A DNA stretch of 64,000 nt from an uncultured Planctomycetota bacterium. GTDB taxonomy: Bacteria; Planctomycetota; Planctomycetia; Isosphaerales; Isosphaeraceae. Positions 51,341-61,138 of the stretch are shown here, in pieces (position 1 is the stretch's first letter; each line of letters opens with the position of its first letter). The DNA lies in NCBI GenBank assembly GCA_963737655.1, contig CAVTTN010000002.1, forward strand, positions 5,472,001-5,536,000. Reading direction: 5' to 3'. A program made the position numbers and the translations under genes. Under the pieces are notes generated by a model. That model was not told where the DNA came from. It ran no database searches and worked only from the letters and a program-made list of their open reading frames with translations.

Positions 51341-51763
51341 ATGGGCATTCCGATGGACTCGAAACCCGGGAGGACGAGGCCGACGGAGGCCCGGCGGATG
51401 GCCGTCGGCCTGGCCGTGTTCTCCGGGTTGTTTCTGACGACCTCCGCACTGGTTCGAGGCGATCGACCGCCCTCGGCCGTGATCAAGGGAAGCCTGGTGG
51501 GCGTCCTCAGCGTCGCGAGCTGGTCCCTCTATCGTCGCCTGAGTCGTCAGGACGACGGCCTTGTGTTCGCCATGGGGATCGCCTTCGGCGCGGCGGGGTC
51601 GTCGCGGCCCGATTTCCCCCTCGCGGCGATCCTCCTGATCGGGCTCGTGGTCCAGTTGCCCCTGGCCATCGTCTGCGGGCTCTGGACGAGGGCCCGCTCG
51701 CCAATTCCATCCACGGAACCATCCGATTCGCCGCTGTATGACTCCGAGACCGACGGCCCATGA
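51341..51763 (+). CDS. Hypothetical membrane protein
   Basis: Four hydrophobic segments. Confidence 0.45.
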   Translation: MGIPMDSKPGRTRPTEARRMAVGLAVFSGLFLTTSALVRGDRPPSAVIKGSLVGVLSVASWSLYRRLSRQDDGLVFAMGIAFGAAGSSRPDFPLAAILLIGLVVQLPLAIVCGLWTRARSPIPSTEPSDSPLYDSETDGP

Positions 51764-51827
51764 AGCGAAGAGGGGTCGGCGGCCACTCGCGCGGCCGCCG
51801 ATCCGAACATCCACTTGTAATCATGAA

Positions 51828-52349
51828 TCAGAACCCGACGCCCACCTTCTCCATCGCCGGCTTGAGGGCCTCCTGGACCTCGCCGACGGACTCCTTGGCG
51901 GCGTCGGCGACCTGGTCGAGGGTCATCCCCATCGCCTGGGAGCCGAGCTTGAGGGCGAGGTAGTCCTCGGCGATCCCGAGGAGGGCGTCGGGGATGCCCA
52001 GGCCCTTGCTGCCGACGATCCGGACCATCGGCGCGACCGAGGCCACGCCCGCCGCCACGATGGCGCCGAGGGCCGCCCCGGTGTTGCCGTCCTCGCCGTC
52101 CTCGATCATGCTCTCGCGGGCCACCCACGCGCCGGCCAGGGTGTGGGGGATCAAAAGCATGGGCCGGAACCGGGCGGGGAAGACGCCGACCTTGTCCAGG
52201 ACCATCTCCCCCAGGGCCCCGAGGACCCAGTTCCGGGCCGTCGGGCTGTTCTGGCGAGTCTTCAGGAACGCCGGCCCCAGGGCGATCTTGAGCCCGCTGA
52301 GGGCCGCCAGGGTCATCGCTTTTTCGAACGCCTTGGTCTTCTCGGGCAT
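51828..52349 (-). CDS. Hypothetical membrane protein (possibly DUF4126-like)
   Basis: GGAG RBS before MPEKTK; ALGEMVLDK and AEDYLAL motifs. Confidence 0.65.
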   Translation of the reverse strand: MPEKTKAFEKAMTLAALSGLKIALGPAFLKTRQNSPTARNWVLGALGEMVLDKVGVFPARFRPMLLIPHTLAGAWVARESMIEDGEDGNTGAALGAIVAAGVASVAPMVRIVGSKGLGIPDALLGIAEDYLALKLGSQAMGMTLDQVADAAKESVGEVQEALKPAMEKVGVGF

Positions 52350-52521
52350 GGCTGAACTCCTCCCCGGCCCGGGACGCGCCGGGCCGCTCGATCGCCGGCC
52401 GCGCCCTCGGCGCGGCCCCCGGAATCCCCCATGCAACCCCAGGGCCGATCGCGAGACGGCGTTGAGTTCCCGAAGCTTTCCGATGCCGGTGGGGCGATGG
52501 CGGCATTGTAAGCCCGATGCC

Positions 52522-52938
52522 TCATCCGGCGGCACTTCGCCGCCGGGGCCTTCGGTCGCGAGCGATCCTTCGACGAGAGCAAGCGAAGATCCACGCCTTG
52601 AGGATGGCGATTCCGCCCAACTCGGTCGGGCCCAGGACCTTGACACCCTCTTCCACGCGACAGATCGCCAGGACAGCTTCCAGGAACGGGGTCCCCTCGT
52701 CGAGGACGACGAGCCGGGACAGGTCGCGCAGCTCCGAGGTCGAGAGGGCGTCCTGCACCCGTCCGGCGATGAATCGCAGGGCCTCGGCGTCATCGGAGCG
52801 GAGCCACGAAGCCGCCATCACGAGGTCCCACCCCTCCGGTGCATCCTCGCGGACGAACGCCCCGAAGAGATCGAAGGGCCCCTGATCCCTGGCGAGCCCG
52901 GCCAGGACCTCGGCGAGTTTCTCGGATGGGATGGTCAT
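52522..52938 (-). CDS. Putative HEPN-partner (nucleotidyltransferase-like) protein
   Basis: GPFDLFGAFVREDAPEGWDLVMAASW; ATGA overlap with the upstream HEPN fragment. Confidence 0.6.
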   Translation of the reverse strand: MTIPSEKLAEVLAGLARDQGPFDLFGAFVREDAPEGWDLVMAASWLRSDDAEALRFIAGRVQDALSTSELRDLSRLVVLDEGTPFLEAVLAICRVEEGVKVLGPTELGGIAILKAWIFACSRRRIARDRRPRRRSAAG

Positions 52939-53168
52939 AGCGCCCTCAGGAGAAGGTCCGCCGCTCGGATCATCTGATCGGCCTCGTCCCGCGTCGCCGC
53001 AACCGTCGGGGAATATCGGGATTCCGGGTCCCATTTCGCGACGGTGGACCACTCCGCGAGGTACTTCCGCTTGATCGTCTCCTCGTGGCCGCAGAGGTGG
53101 AGGAGGACGTCCGGCTTGTGCGTCTTGAAGCTTTGATAGGGCTCGAACTCCCTCCGAGTTTCCGGGTT
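52935..53168 (-). pseudogene. 5'-truncated HEPN-domain gene
   Basis: SFKTH..LL..W..V..WDPESRY C-terminal half only; no start codon or N-terminal half before the MTase stop. Confidence 0.6.
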
Positions 53169-53220
53169 CGAGGCGATCCCCTCAACGCCGTCAAGACCCG
53201 AAAACCGGATGGCCGGCCCC

Positions 53221-53919
53221 TCACCCCGGCGCCGGCGGCCTGGGTCGCCTCTCGGGCTTGCGGAAGACGAGGAAATAGGAGTGGTTCTTCCTCGCGTGGA
53301 CCTGCTTGACGACCCGGCTGACACCCGGCCGGTTCACCCTCACCACCACGAAGAGGTCTTCGACGAGGAAGCTCCCGTCTTTCACCAATTCGTTGATGAT
53401 CTCGACGTGGGTGAGCCTCTGGCGGTTGGCGCAGACCTCGTCGGCGCATTTGACCACGTAGATCCCGCCCGGCTTGAGGACTCGGAGGGCCTCCTGGGCC
53501 GCGGCGAAATAGAGGTCGAGCACGGCCTCGTGGTATTTCCTGGGCGTGCCGTTGCCCGAGCCGTTGTTGCGGTAATAGCCCTCGAAATTCTGGTGATTCG
53601 CGTGGGCCGAGCCCCCGGGGGTGTGCATGTACGGCGGGTCGAAGACCACGCAGTCGATCGAGGCCTCGTCATAGGGCAGCGATCGGCAATCGGTGCCGGT
53701 CTTCAGGTCGGTGGGGAGGACGCGATAGAGCCCCTCGGGCACGGCCTTCCAGAAGACGCCCCGGCCGAAGGTGACGTCGGCGACGAGCCCTCCGGGCGGG
53801 ACGTACAGGGCGAGGACCTGGGGGAACACGGCGTCGTTGGTGTCGCGATAGGCGGAGAAGACCAGGTCGTTGGTGGGGGAGCCGGCGGGGGATTTCCGCC
53901 TCGGCCGGGCGGGGTTCAT
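53221..53919 (-). CDS. Orphan amino-DNA methyltransferase (N6A/N4C type)
   Basis: DVTFGRG SAM-binding motif, FDPPY catalytic motif, RVLKPGG. Confidence 0.8.
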   Translation of the reverse strand: MNPARPRRKSPAGSPTNDLVFSAYRDTNDAVFPQVLALYVPPGGLVADVTFGRGVFWKAVPEGLYRVLPTDLKTGTDCRSLPYDEASIDCVVFDPPYMHTPGGSAHANHQNFEGYYRNNGSGNGTPRKYHEAVLDLYFAAAQEALRVLKPGGIYVVKCADEVCANRQRLTHVEIINELVKDGSFLVEDLFVVVRVNRPGVSRVVKQVHARKNHSYFLVFRKPERRPRPPAPG

Positions 53920-54962
53920 CCTCGGAATTCCTTCCGGAACTGGTCCAGGTTGGCCCTCCGGCCCAGGAGGACGATCGAATCCCCGGGGGCGAACGGGGTG
54001 TCGCCCGAGGGGGGGAACTCGACCCGGCCGTCGGCCCTCTTGATGGCCATGACGATCACCCCGGTCTTCCGGCCGACGTCGGCGTCGCGGAGCGATCGGC
54101 CGGAGAACGGGCCCGAGGCCGTCACGGCGACCTCGTCCATCTCGATCGCCAGGCTCGACCGATGCGTCACGAGTTCGATGAACTCGACGGCCGACGGGTT
54201 GGTGAGGATCGAGACGATCCGATGGGCGCCGATGGCCGCGGGCAGGACGACCTGGTTGGCCCCGGCCTGGCGGAGCTTCTTCTGGGTGGTCGCGCGCTCG
54301 GCCCGCGCCACGATCCCCAGCTTCGGGTTCCTCTGGCGGGCCGTCAGGGTGATGAAGACGTTGGCGGCGTCGTTGGGCATGGCGGCCACGAGCGATCTGG
54401 CGCGATCGACGCCGGCGCGTTCCAGGACGTCCTCCTCGGTGGCGTCCCCCTGGACGAACAGCCAGCCTCGGGCCTCGGCCTCGGCGACCTTCTCGGCGGA
54501 CAGGTCGATCACGACGAACCGATGGCCGCCGTGGGCGAGCTCCTCGGCCACGAGCTGGCCCATCCGGCCGAGGCCGACGACGATGATATGGCCGTCCAGG
54601 GTGTCGATGGTTCGCCTCACGCGATGGTGGCCGACGAGGCGGCGGAATTCCTCCTCGGTGACCAGCCGGAGGAAGCCGCCGACGGTGTAGCCGGTGGCGA
54701 CGAGGCCCAGGGCGATCACCGCCGAGGTGTGGAGCCGCAAGGCCGTCGTGTCGATCGGCCGGACGTCGCCGAACCCGACCGTGGAGATCGTGATGACCAC
54801 CATATACAGGGCGTCGCCCACGGGCCAGCCCATCGCGACGTATCCGGCCGCGCCGAAGACGATCACCGCGAGCAGGGCGAGCAGGCCGACGACGATCGAG
54901 CGGATCGCCCGTCGCCGGGAGGCGTCGTCCGGGTCGGGCCTGGGGATCGGGCGATCGGGCAT
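53916..54962 (-). CDS. Potassium channel protein with TrkA-N/TrkA-C domains
   Basis: ISTVGFGD pore; GLGRMG; GDAT; RCK-C. Confidence 0.92.
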   Translation of the reverse strand: MPDRPIPRPDPDDASRRRAIRSIVVGLLALLAVIVFGAAGYVAMGWPVGDALYMVVITISTVGFGDVRPIDTTALRLHTSAVIALGLVATGYTVGGFLRLVTEEEFRRLVGHHRVRRTIDTLDGHIIVVGLGRMGQLVAEELAHGGHRFVVIDLSAEKVAEAEARGWLFVQGDATEEDVLERAGVDRARSLVAAMPNDAANVFITLTARQRNPKLGIVARAERATTQKKLRQAGANQVVLPAAIGAHRIVSILTNPSAVEFIELVTHRSSLAIEMDEVAVTASGPFSGRSLRDADVGRKTGVIVMAIKRADGRVEFPPSGDTPFAPGDSIVLLGRRANLDQFRKEFRG

Positions 54963-54987
54963 CGGCGGGGCTCGGAACCGCGGGGGG

Positions 54988-55239
54988 TCAGACGGCCCGG
55001 TCCGCCGCGACGGGCGACTCGTCTTCCGAACGGATCACCGAGGGGTCCGGGAGGGGTCGGCCATTCGCGCGGAAGGCGTCGATCAGCCCGTCCAGGGCCT
55101 CCCGGCCGTTCCTCGCCGCCTCCTCATACGTCTCCCCGTGGGTCTGCGGCCAGTCCTCCCCGGTCAACTCGGGGAAACACACCAGGAAGAGCCGATCTTC
55201 CTCGGACCACCGAATGAGCATGCTGTAGGGAATCATCAT
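54988..55239 (-). CDS. hicB: HicB family antitoxin
   Basis: YSMLIRWSEED..FPEL..THGETYEEAARNGREAL..PLP. Confidence 0.88.
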   Translation of the reverse strand: MMIPYSMLIRWSEEDRLFLVCFPELTGEDWPQTHGETYEEAARNGREALDGLIDAFRANGRPLPDPSVIRSEDESPVAADRAV

Positions 55240-55436
55240 CCACCTCGAACGATCCGGAGGGCCCGACGCACCAGCTTTTCTTGATAGCGTTTCGCGTCGT
55301 CGCCGTCGTTGCCGGAGATCGTGAACGGCCTGCCGATCGCGGGGTGATACCAGTTCCCGTGACTGCCCTTGCCGGGGGTCTACGAGAACCCCGCCCCCCG
55401 CAATTCCGACTTCAGCTCGCGGATCGTCTTCGGCAT
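55236..55436 (-). pseudogene. hicA: HicA toxin with internal TAG
   Basis: MPKTIRELKSELRGAGFS*TPGKGSHGNWYHP..ISGNDGDDAKRYQEK; TAG at 55380-55382. Confidence 0.85.
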
Positions 55437-55445
55437 GGCTCGCGG

Positions 55446-56468
55446 TCATCCCCGGCCGCGGACCCTCTGGTTGAAGGCGACGGCCAGGACGATGATGGTG
55501 CCGAGCACCAGGCCCTCGATCTGGGTCGGGTCGATCCATTTGACGATCAGCCCGGTCCCCTTGATGACGATCTGGATCAGGCAGAGGCCGAGGACCGTCC
55601 CCCGGACCGATCCCACGCCGCCGGAGAGGCTGCACCCGCCGACGACCGCCGCGGTGATCGCCATGAGCTCGTAGGAGACGCCCATCGTCCCCTTGCCCTG
55701 GCCGTCGTCCCCGGCGAACAGGAGGCCGCCGAGGGCCGAGAGCATCCCGGAGAGGCCGTAGGCGATCATCTTCAGCCGGACCGTCGGCAGGCCGCTGAGC
55801 CGGGCCGCCGCCTCGTTGCCGCCGAGGGCATAAAGGTGACGCCCCAGGACCGTCGCCCCCATCATCACGCTCACCACCAGGGCCACCGCCAGGAAGATCG
55901 GCACGGTGTAGAGCCAGTCCTTGCCGGAGACCCGGAACCACTCGAAATTCATGTTCACGGACTGATTTTTGCTGACGACGATCGCCACGCTCCGCAGGCC
56001 GGCCATGGTGGCCAGGGTGGCGATGAAGGGGGGGAGGCGGAACCCGGCGATGAACAGGGCGTGGAGCAGGCCGATGGCCGCGCCCATCGCCAGGGTCAGG
56101 ACGACGGCCCCGGCGATGACCCACGGGGAGATCGGCCCGCCCGAGCGGGCCGCGCCGGGGAGCCACTCCGTCATGAGCTTCCCCGCCACCACCGCCGACA
56201 GCGCCACGACCGAGCCGACGGACAGGTCGATCCCCCCGGCGACGATCACCACGGTCGCCCCCACGGCCAGGACCCCGTAGAGCGCCACGGTGTGGAGGAC
56301 GTTCGAGAGGTTCTCCATCTTGAAGAACGAGTGGGGCGGCCCCTGGAGCTGATAGATCCCGCCCAGGACGGCGGCGATGGCCACCAGCAAGCTCAGTTCC
56401 GGGGCCCGGAGGGCGGCGACCAGGGGGTTGGGCCCGCCGCCCTCGCCTCGTCTCGGGGCGTCGCTCAT
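55446..56468 (-). CDS. Sugar ABC transporter permease (RbsC-like)
   Basis: GGIDLSVGS, PPFIATL, YALGGNEAAARLSG, ELMAITAAVVGG. Confidence 0.93.
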   Translation of the reverse strand: MSDAPRRGEGGGPNPLVAALRAPELSLLVAIAAVLGGIYQLQGPPHSFFKMENLSNVLHTVALYGVLAVGATVVIVAGGIDLSVGSVVALSAVVAGKLMTEWLPGAARSGGPISPWVIAGAVVLTLAMGAAIGLLHALFIAGFRLPPFIATLATMAGLRSVAIVVSKNQSVNMNFEWFRVSGKDWLYTVPIFLAVALVVSVMMGATVLGRHLYALGGNEAAARLSGLPTVRLKMIAYGLSGMLSALGGLLFAGDDGQGKGTMGVSYELMAITAAVVGGCSLSGGVGSVRGTVLGLCLIQIVIKGTGLIVKWIDPTQIEGLVLGTIIVLAVAFNQRVRGRG

Positions 56469-57556
56469 GAGGACCTCAGCCCCTTGCTCTTGAGCCACGA
56501 CTTCATCTCTTCGATGGTGATCACGCCCTCGCCCTTGACCGGCGAATCCGCCTTGGGGACGATCACGCGGACCTTGGTGTCGAGGCTCTTGCCGTCGGGG
56601 AGGACTTCCTTGACGGTCTTGTCGTCCTTCCGGATCAGGGCCTTCAGGAGCTTCACGCCCTGGAAGCCCATCTCGTAGGGGTTCTGGCAGACGGAGGCGT
56701 CGATGTGCCCCTTCTCCAGCTCGCCGACGGCCGCCTCGTCGAGGTCGAAGGTGACGATCGTGGTCCTCTCGCGGACGCCCGACGATTTGGAGACCTCCTC
56801 GGCGATCGGCTGGGCGTTGTAGGACCAGAGGCCGAGGAAGAGGCCGAGGTCGGGGTACTTCGTCAGGGCGGTCTGGACGTTCACGCGGGCCCGGGCGTGG
56901 TCGCTGTTGTCTTCGAGGGTCTCCAGGTCCTGGAACGCGGGGCCGGCGCCCTGGAAGAAGCCCTGCTTCCGCTCCCGGGCATTGGCGGCGGCCGACGTGC
57001 CGACGAACACCGCGACCTTGCCGCCCTGGGGCCGGAGCGTCGCGGCGGCCTTGCCGGCGACCTCGCCGGCCTTGACGTTGTTGGTGCCGATGTAGCCCGA
57101 TCGGGCGTCGGCCGAATTCGGCTCGATGTCCGAGTCGATGGTGATCACGACCTTGCCGGCTTTCTGGAGCGCCTTCATCGCGTCGGCCACCCCGGGCGCC
57201 TCGGCCTCGATCACCGAGACGGCCACGCCCTGGACGTCCAGGCTCAGGGCCTCGCGGAGGCGGTCGATCTGCCCCCGGGTCGTGCCCTCGTTCCGCCTCA
57301 TCTCGACCTGGACGCCGAACTCCTTGCCGCCGTCTTGCATCCCTTTCTCGACGGCGTTCCACCAGTCGGCGTTGCTGTTGGTGACGAACAGGAGCTTGAT
57401 CGGGCCGGTCCCCGGGGAGCCGGAGCCGGTCGTCGACGACGTCGAGCCGCCCGAGGAGCCCGCGTCCTTCGTGCCCTCCGAACAGCCGACCGCGAGGACG
57501 GGGGCCAGCGCCACCGCCACCCCCCAGAAGAGCCGCCTGAGACCGAGCCGATTCAC
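56465..57556 (-). CDS. Sugar ABC transporter substrate-binding lipoprotein
   Basis: LAVGC lipobox; ITIDSD, YIGTNN..AG, QNPYEMG. Confidence 0.9.
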   Translation of the reverse strand: MNRLGLRRLFWGVAVALAPVLAVGCSEGTKDAGSSGGSTSSTTGSGSPGTGPIKLLFVTNSNADWWNAVEKGMQDGGKEFGVQVEMRRNEGTTRGQIDRLREALSLDVQGVAVSVIEAEAPGVADAMKALQKAGKVVITIDSDIEPNSADARSGYIGTNNVKAGEVAGKAAATLRPQGGKVAVFVGTSAAANARERKQGFFQGAGPAFQDLETLEDNSDHARARVNVQTALTKYPDLGLFLGLWSYNAQPIAEEVSKSSGVRERTTIVTFDLDEAAVGELEKGHIDASVCQNPYEMGFQGVKLLKALIRKDDKTVKEVLPDGKSLDTKVRVIVPKADSPVKGEGVITIEEMKSWLKSKGLRSS

Positions 57557-57716
57557 GGAGCCGTCCCCCGTCGCGAGAGGTGGGCACGCGACCTCCTCGG
57601 AGGGCGGTCGCGGCCGGAGAGGGGCCCGGCGGCCTCGCGGAAGCCGGGCCGTCCCGATGGGTTTGGCCGTATCTTAACCGGCCCGAGGGTCGAAAGAAAC
57701 ATGCCCGAGCCGACGA

Positions 57717-57804
57717 GGGTGCAGCTCCCGAATCCGGAGGATTTCGGGTGCCCCCGGTTCGAGAACCGGGGGCACCCTGCAGTTCCGGGTTCCAGAGCTA
57801 TACC
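57717..57804. mobile_element. Second, degenerate copy of the 40065 MITE
   Basis: Same GGGTGCCCCCGGTTC..GAACCGGGGGCACCC core, similar ends, flanked by direct repeat GAGCCGACG. Confidence 0.75.
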
Positions 57805-57823
57805 GAGCCGACGGCTTTTCGCG

Positions 57824-60223
57824 TCACTTCGGCGCCTTCGTGAGGAACGCCATGAGGTCGCGCATCCTCGCCTCGCCGATCGCCCCGGGCAGGCCGACCG
57901 GCATGATCGACGTGGCCGAGGGGCGGATCTCCTCGACCTCGGACCGGGGAATGACCGTCGCCTTCGCGTCGGCCCCGAGGACCCGGATCGCGTCCTTCCC
58001 CTCGGCCCGGACCACCCCGGCGAGCACCCGCCCGTCCTTGGTCGAGACCGTGAACGGGACGTAATCCGGGTTGATCGTGGCGCTGGGCTCGGCGATGTCG
58101 CGATAGACCGAGGCGGCGTCCTTGTGGACGAGGTTGCTCAGGTCCGGGCCGACCTGCCCGCCCTTCCCTCGGATCGCGTGGCAGGTCGAGCACTTGGCCT
58201 CTTCCGAGTAGAACACCGCCTCGCCCCGGGTCGCGTCGCCGCCGGCGACCTCCTTCGGCACCGGGGCGGGGGCCGACGACTCCGGAGGGGCCGGAGGGGC
58301 CCAGGGGACCGAGAATCGCGCCGAGGGGACCGGCCTCTCGGTCGGGTCGTCGGCCATCACGTAGGTCGCGTGGAGCGACAGGGGCTTGCCCGCCTTCCCG
58401 GTGCGGACCGTCACGAAGAGTTCCATCGGCTCGCCGTTGGTCTCGTTCCCCAGATCGACCGATCCCGACGACGACGATCCCGAGGCCCCTCCGAGGCTGG
58501 CGTCCTCGATCGCCGCGTCGGCCCGGAGGCGGAGCGTTGCGTTCCCTTTCGGCAGGGCGAGATAGCCCTTGAGGGTGAGCCTCCCCGGCGTCTTCAGGAG
58601 TTCGAGCGACCTCTCGTGCTCGGCCGAACCGGCGGCCACCCGGCGGACGACCCAGGGGTCGAGGTGGGGCCACCAGCCCGACCATCGCGGCTTCGCCCCC
58701 TCGGTGCCGTCGTCCCAGGAGACCTCCAGGCCGGAGAGGTCGAACGCGACGTCGGCGTCTTCCCCGGGGCCCTTCGATCCCTCGGTGTGGACGTTCGGCA
58801 CGGTCACGGCATACGAGGCGCGGAACGGGATGGGATCGGTCCCCAGGACGAGCGTCCGGCCGTCGTCGGCGAGCGTCGCGGAGGCGACCTTCAACGTCCC
58901 CTTCGCCGCGGCCTGCTGGGCCTCGACCGCCTTGTACGGCGGGCGGATCGTCTCGAAGCGGTCGCCGGCCCGGACGAACGTGCCGTAGGGGATCGTCGCG
59001 CCGACGATCTTCTCGGCCGCCCTCGGGTGGATCGGCCGGTCGAAAGCGACCTTCGCTTCGAGGGGGCCGGTGGGCCAGGCGATCACCGGCCTCGGGCTTC
59101 CGCGATACGAGATCTTGAACAGGTCGCCCGGCCCGCTGGGCCCGGTGCCCCAGTCGGGCTGGCCGCCGTGGGCACTCAGGTAGAGGTCCCCGGAGGGGGA
59201 GATCGCGACGTCGGAGACCATCCGATCGACGCAGGCGAAGACGTTCGGCCGGCCGACGTAGCCGCCCGGGACCTTGACCAGATCGACCCGCCAGACCTTC
59301 CCCCGCGAGAACCCGGCCACGATCGCCGAGCCCTCCCAGGCCTCCGGGCCAAACCGCTGCCAGCCGGGTCGGGCCTCGTCGAAGACCATCCCGCAGGCCG
59401 ATTGGTGCTGGGGGGAGAACTCGGCCACGGGCGGCTCGTCGCGGCTGTCCTTCAAGAAGCGTTCATGCTTCGGGGGCCATCCGTAGTGGCGCCCCTTCTC
59501 GATCAGGTTCAGCTCGTCGAGCGGGTTCGCGCCGGGGAGCCAGGTCTCGCCCTCCTGGTCGGTCGCGAAGAGGTCGCCCTGCCGGTTGAACTTCAGGGCG
59601 TAGGCGAAGCGGATGCCGCCGGCGAAGACCTCGCGAGACTTGCGGTCGGGCGCGACCTTGAGGATCGCGCCCAGCTCGCTCTTCGGGTCGTAATGCGACT
59701 TGCCGTCCTTCTCCAGGTAGGGATTCGAGTAGTCGGCGCAGCCGATGGCGACGAACAGGTTGTTCTGGGGGTCGAGGGCGATCCCCATCGCATCGACCAG
59801 GCCGCTGCCGCTGGGGATGTTCGGCCAGCCCGTGGCGACGACCTCCTCGCGATCGGCCTTGCCGTCCTTGTCGGCGTCGATCAGGAGAGAGACCTTGAGG
59901 TGGGACGACACGTAGAGCCCCTCCGGCGCCCAGATGGCCTGGATCGGCGAAATCAGCGTGTTCTTGTCCCAGAACATCTCGGCCGTGTCTTCGAGTCCGT
60001 CGCCGTCGGTATCAACAAGACGGCGGATCTTGCCGTCATAGCCCACGGCGAACAGGCGGCCGTCGGGGGCGAAGGCCAGGCCGTTGACGTTCGTGAGGTT
60101 CAAGGGGAGCCGTCGGGCCGAGAACCCCGGCGAGAGGACGTGGACCGTCGGCTCGTCGGCCGGGAGGGCCATCGCGGGAAGGACGAGGAGGGCGAGCGAA
60201 ACCGTCGCGAGGCGAGTGATCAT
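57824..60223 (-). CDS. PVC-type heme-binding (CxxCH) beta-propeller/sorbosone dehydrogenase-like protein
   Basis: DTDGDG repeats, DELN..HYGWP, CSTCH..GPDLS..SIMP. Confidence 0.88.
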   Translation of the reverse strand: MITRLATVSLALLVLPAMALPADEPTVHVLSPGFSARRLPLNLTNVNGLAFAPDGRLFAVGYDGKIRRLVDTDGDGLEDTAEMFWDKNTLISPIQAIWAPEGLYVSSHLKVSLLIDADKDGKADREEVVATGWPNIPSGSGLVDAMGIALDPQNNLFVAIGCADYSNPYLEKDGKSHYDPKSELGAILKVAPDRKSREVFAGGIRFAYALKFNRQGDLFATDQEGETWLPGANPLDELNLIEKGRHYGWPPKHERFLKDSRDEPPVAEFSPQHQSACGMVFDEARPGWQRFGPEAWEGSAIVAGFSRGKVWRVDLVKVPGGYVGRPNVFACVDRMVSDVAISPSGDLYLSAHGGQPDWGTGPSGPGDLFKISYRGSPRPVIAWPTGPLEAKVAFDRPIHPRAAEKIVGATIPYGTFVRAGDRFETIRPPYKAVEAQQAAAKGTLKVASATLADDGRTLVLGTDPIPFRASYAVTVPNVHTEGSKGPGEDADVAFDLSGLEVSWDDGTEGAKPRWSGWWPHLDPWVVRRVAAGSAEHERSLELLKTPGRLTLKGYLALPKGNATLRLRADAAIEDASLGGASGSSSSGSVDLGNETNGEPMELFVTVRTGKAGKPLSLHATYVMADDPTERPVPSARFSVPWAPPAPPESSAPAPVPKEVAGGDATRGEAVFYSEEAKCSTCHAIRGKGGQVGPDLSNLVHKDAASVYRDIAEPSATINPDYVPFTVSTKDGRVLAGVVRAEGKDAIRVLGADAKATVIPRSEVEEIRPSATSIMPVGLPGAIGEARMRDLMAFLTKAPK

Positions 60224-60337
60224 GGCGGGACGTCCCCGGGTCCGGTCGGCAGAGGCGGCCCGGCCATCGTAGCTTCGGACGATCGGATCGGACAAGCGCC
60301 CGAAGGTCGGCCCCGCGTTTGCTCGCGAGATCCGGGC

Positions 60338-61045
60338 ATGGCCACCACGAAGCGATCGAGAGCGACCCCCGAATCCCCGGCGCCGAAGGAGCCCCTGGAC
60401 ATCGACGAGGTGTTCGCGAGGCTCCGTCGGGCCGTCGCGGACGTGCCGAAAGCGGCGATGTTCGACCTCCGCGACCGGGGATTCTCGTCGCCGTTCGAGC
60501 AGCTCGTCGGCAGCCTGATCTCGGCCCGGACCCGCGACGAGACGACGATGACCGTCTGCCTCCGCCTCTTCGCTCGCGCCCGGACGCCGGCCGAGATGCT
60601 CACCCTGGACGAATCGGAGCTCGCCAGCCTGGTCCGCCCGGCCACGTTCCCCGAGGCCAAGGCGCGCGACATCCTCGCGTTCTCGCGATCGATCGTGGAC
60701 GACCTGGGCGGGGACGTGCCGGACACGCTCGAAGGGCTGACCGCGTTCCGAGGCGTCGGCCCGAAGGTCGCCGCGCTGACCCTGGCCGTCGGGTTCGGCC
60801 GGCCGGCCATCGCGGTGGACATCCACGTCCACCGGATCGTCAACCGATGGGGCTATGTCCACACCTCCACCCCCGAGAAGACTGCGGACGCCCTGGCGAA
60901 GCTCCTGCCCGAGCGATACTGGATCGAGATCAACGAACGGCTCGTCCCGTTCGGCAAGTGGACGTGCACGGCGGCCCGGCCCAGGTGCTCGACGTGCCCG
61001 CTGCTCGCGATGTGCCAGCAGGTGGGCGTGACGGACCCTCGATGA
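60338..61045 (+). CDS. nth: Endonuclease III
   Basis: LISARTRDE, GVGPKVA, AVDIHVHRI, C-x6-C-x2-C-x5-C. Confidence 0.92.
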   Translation: MATTKRSRATPESPAPKEPLDIDEVFARLRRAVADVPKAAMFDLRDRGFSSPFEQLVGSLISARTRDETTMTVCLRLFARARTPAEMLTLDESELASLVRPATFPEAKARDILAFSRSIVDDLGGDVPDTLEGLTAFRGVGPKVAALTLAVGFGRPAIAVDIHVHRIVNRWGYVHTSTPEKTADALAKLLPERYWIEINERLVPFGKWTCTAARPRCSTCPLLAMCQQVGVTDPR

Positions 61046-61070
61046 ATCATCGCCGGGATGCCGGGTTCTC

Positions 61071-61127
61071 GTAGGGCAGGCCTCGGCCTGCCGTCCCTGC
61101 CCGTCGGCAGGCCGAGGCCTGCCCTAC
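61071..61127. repeat. Third GTAG-type REP doublet (GTAGGGCAGGCCTCGGCCTGCC)
   Basis: 22-bp inverted repeat between convergent genes. Confidence 0.8.
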
Positions 61128-61138
61128 GAGAACCGGCG

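Noticed and set aside
56705..60337. 1446-aa plus-strand ORF and other long antisense ORFs (e.g. 18846-22313, 31525-35016, 9993-12752)
   Set aside because: Shadow frames of real opposite-strand genes in high-GC DNA; only the last part of 56705-61045 (nth) is real.
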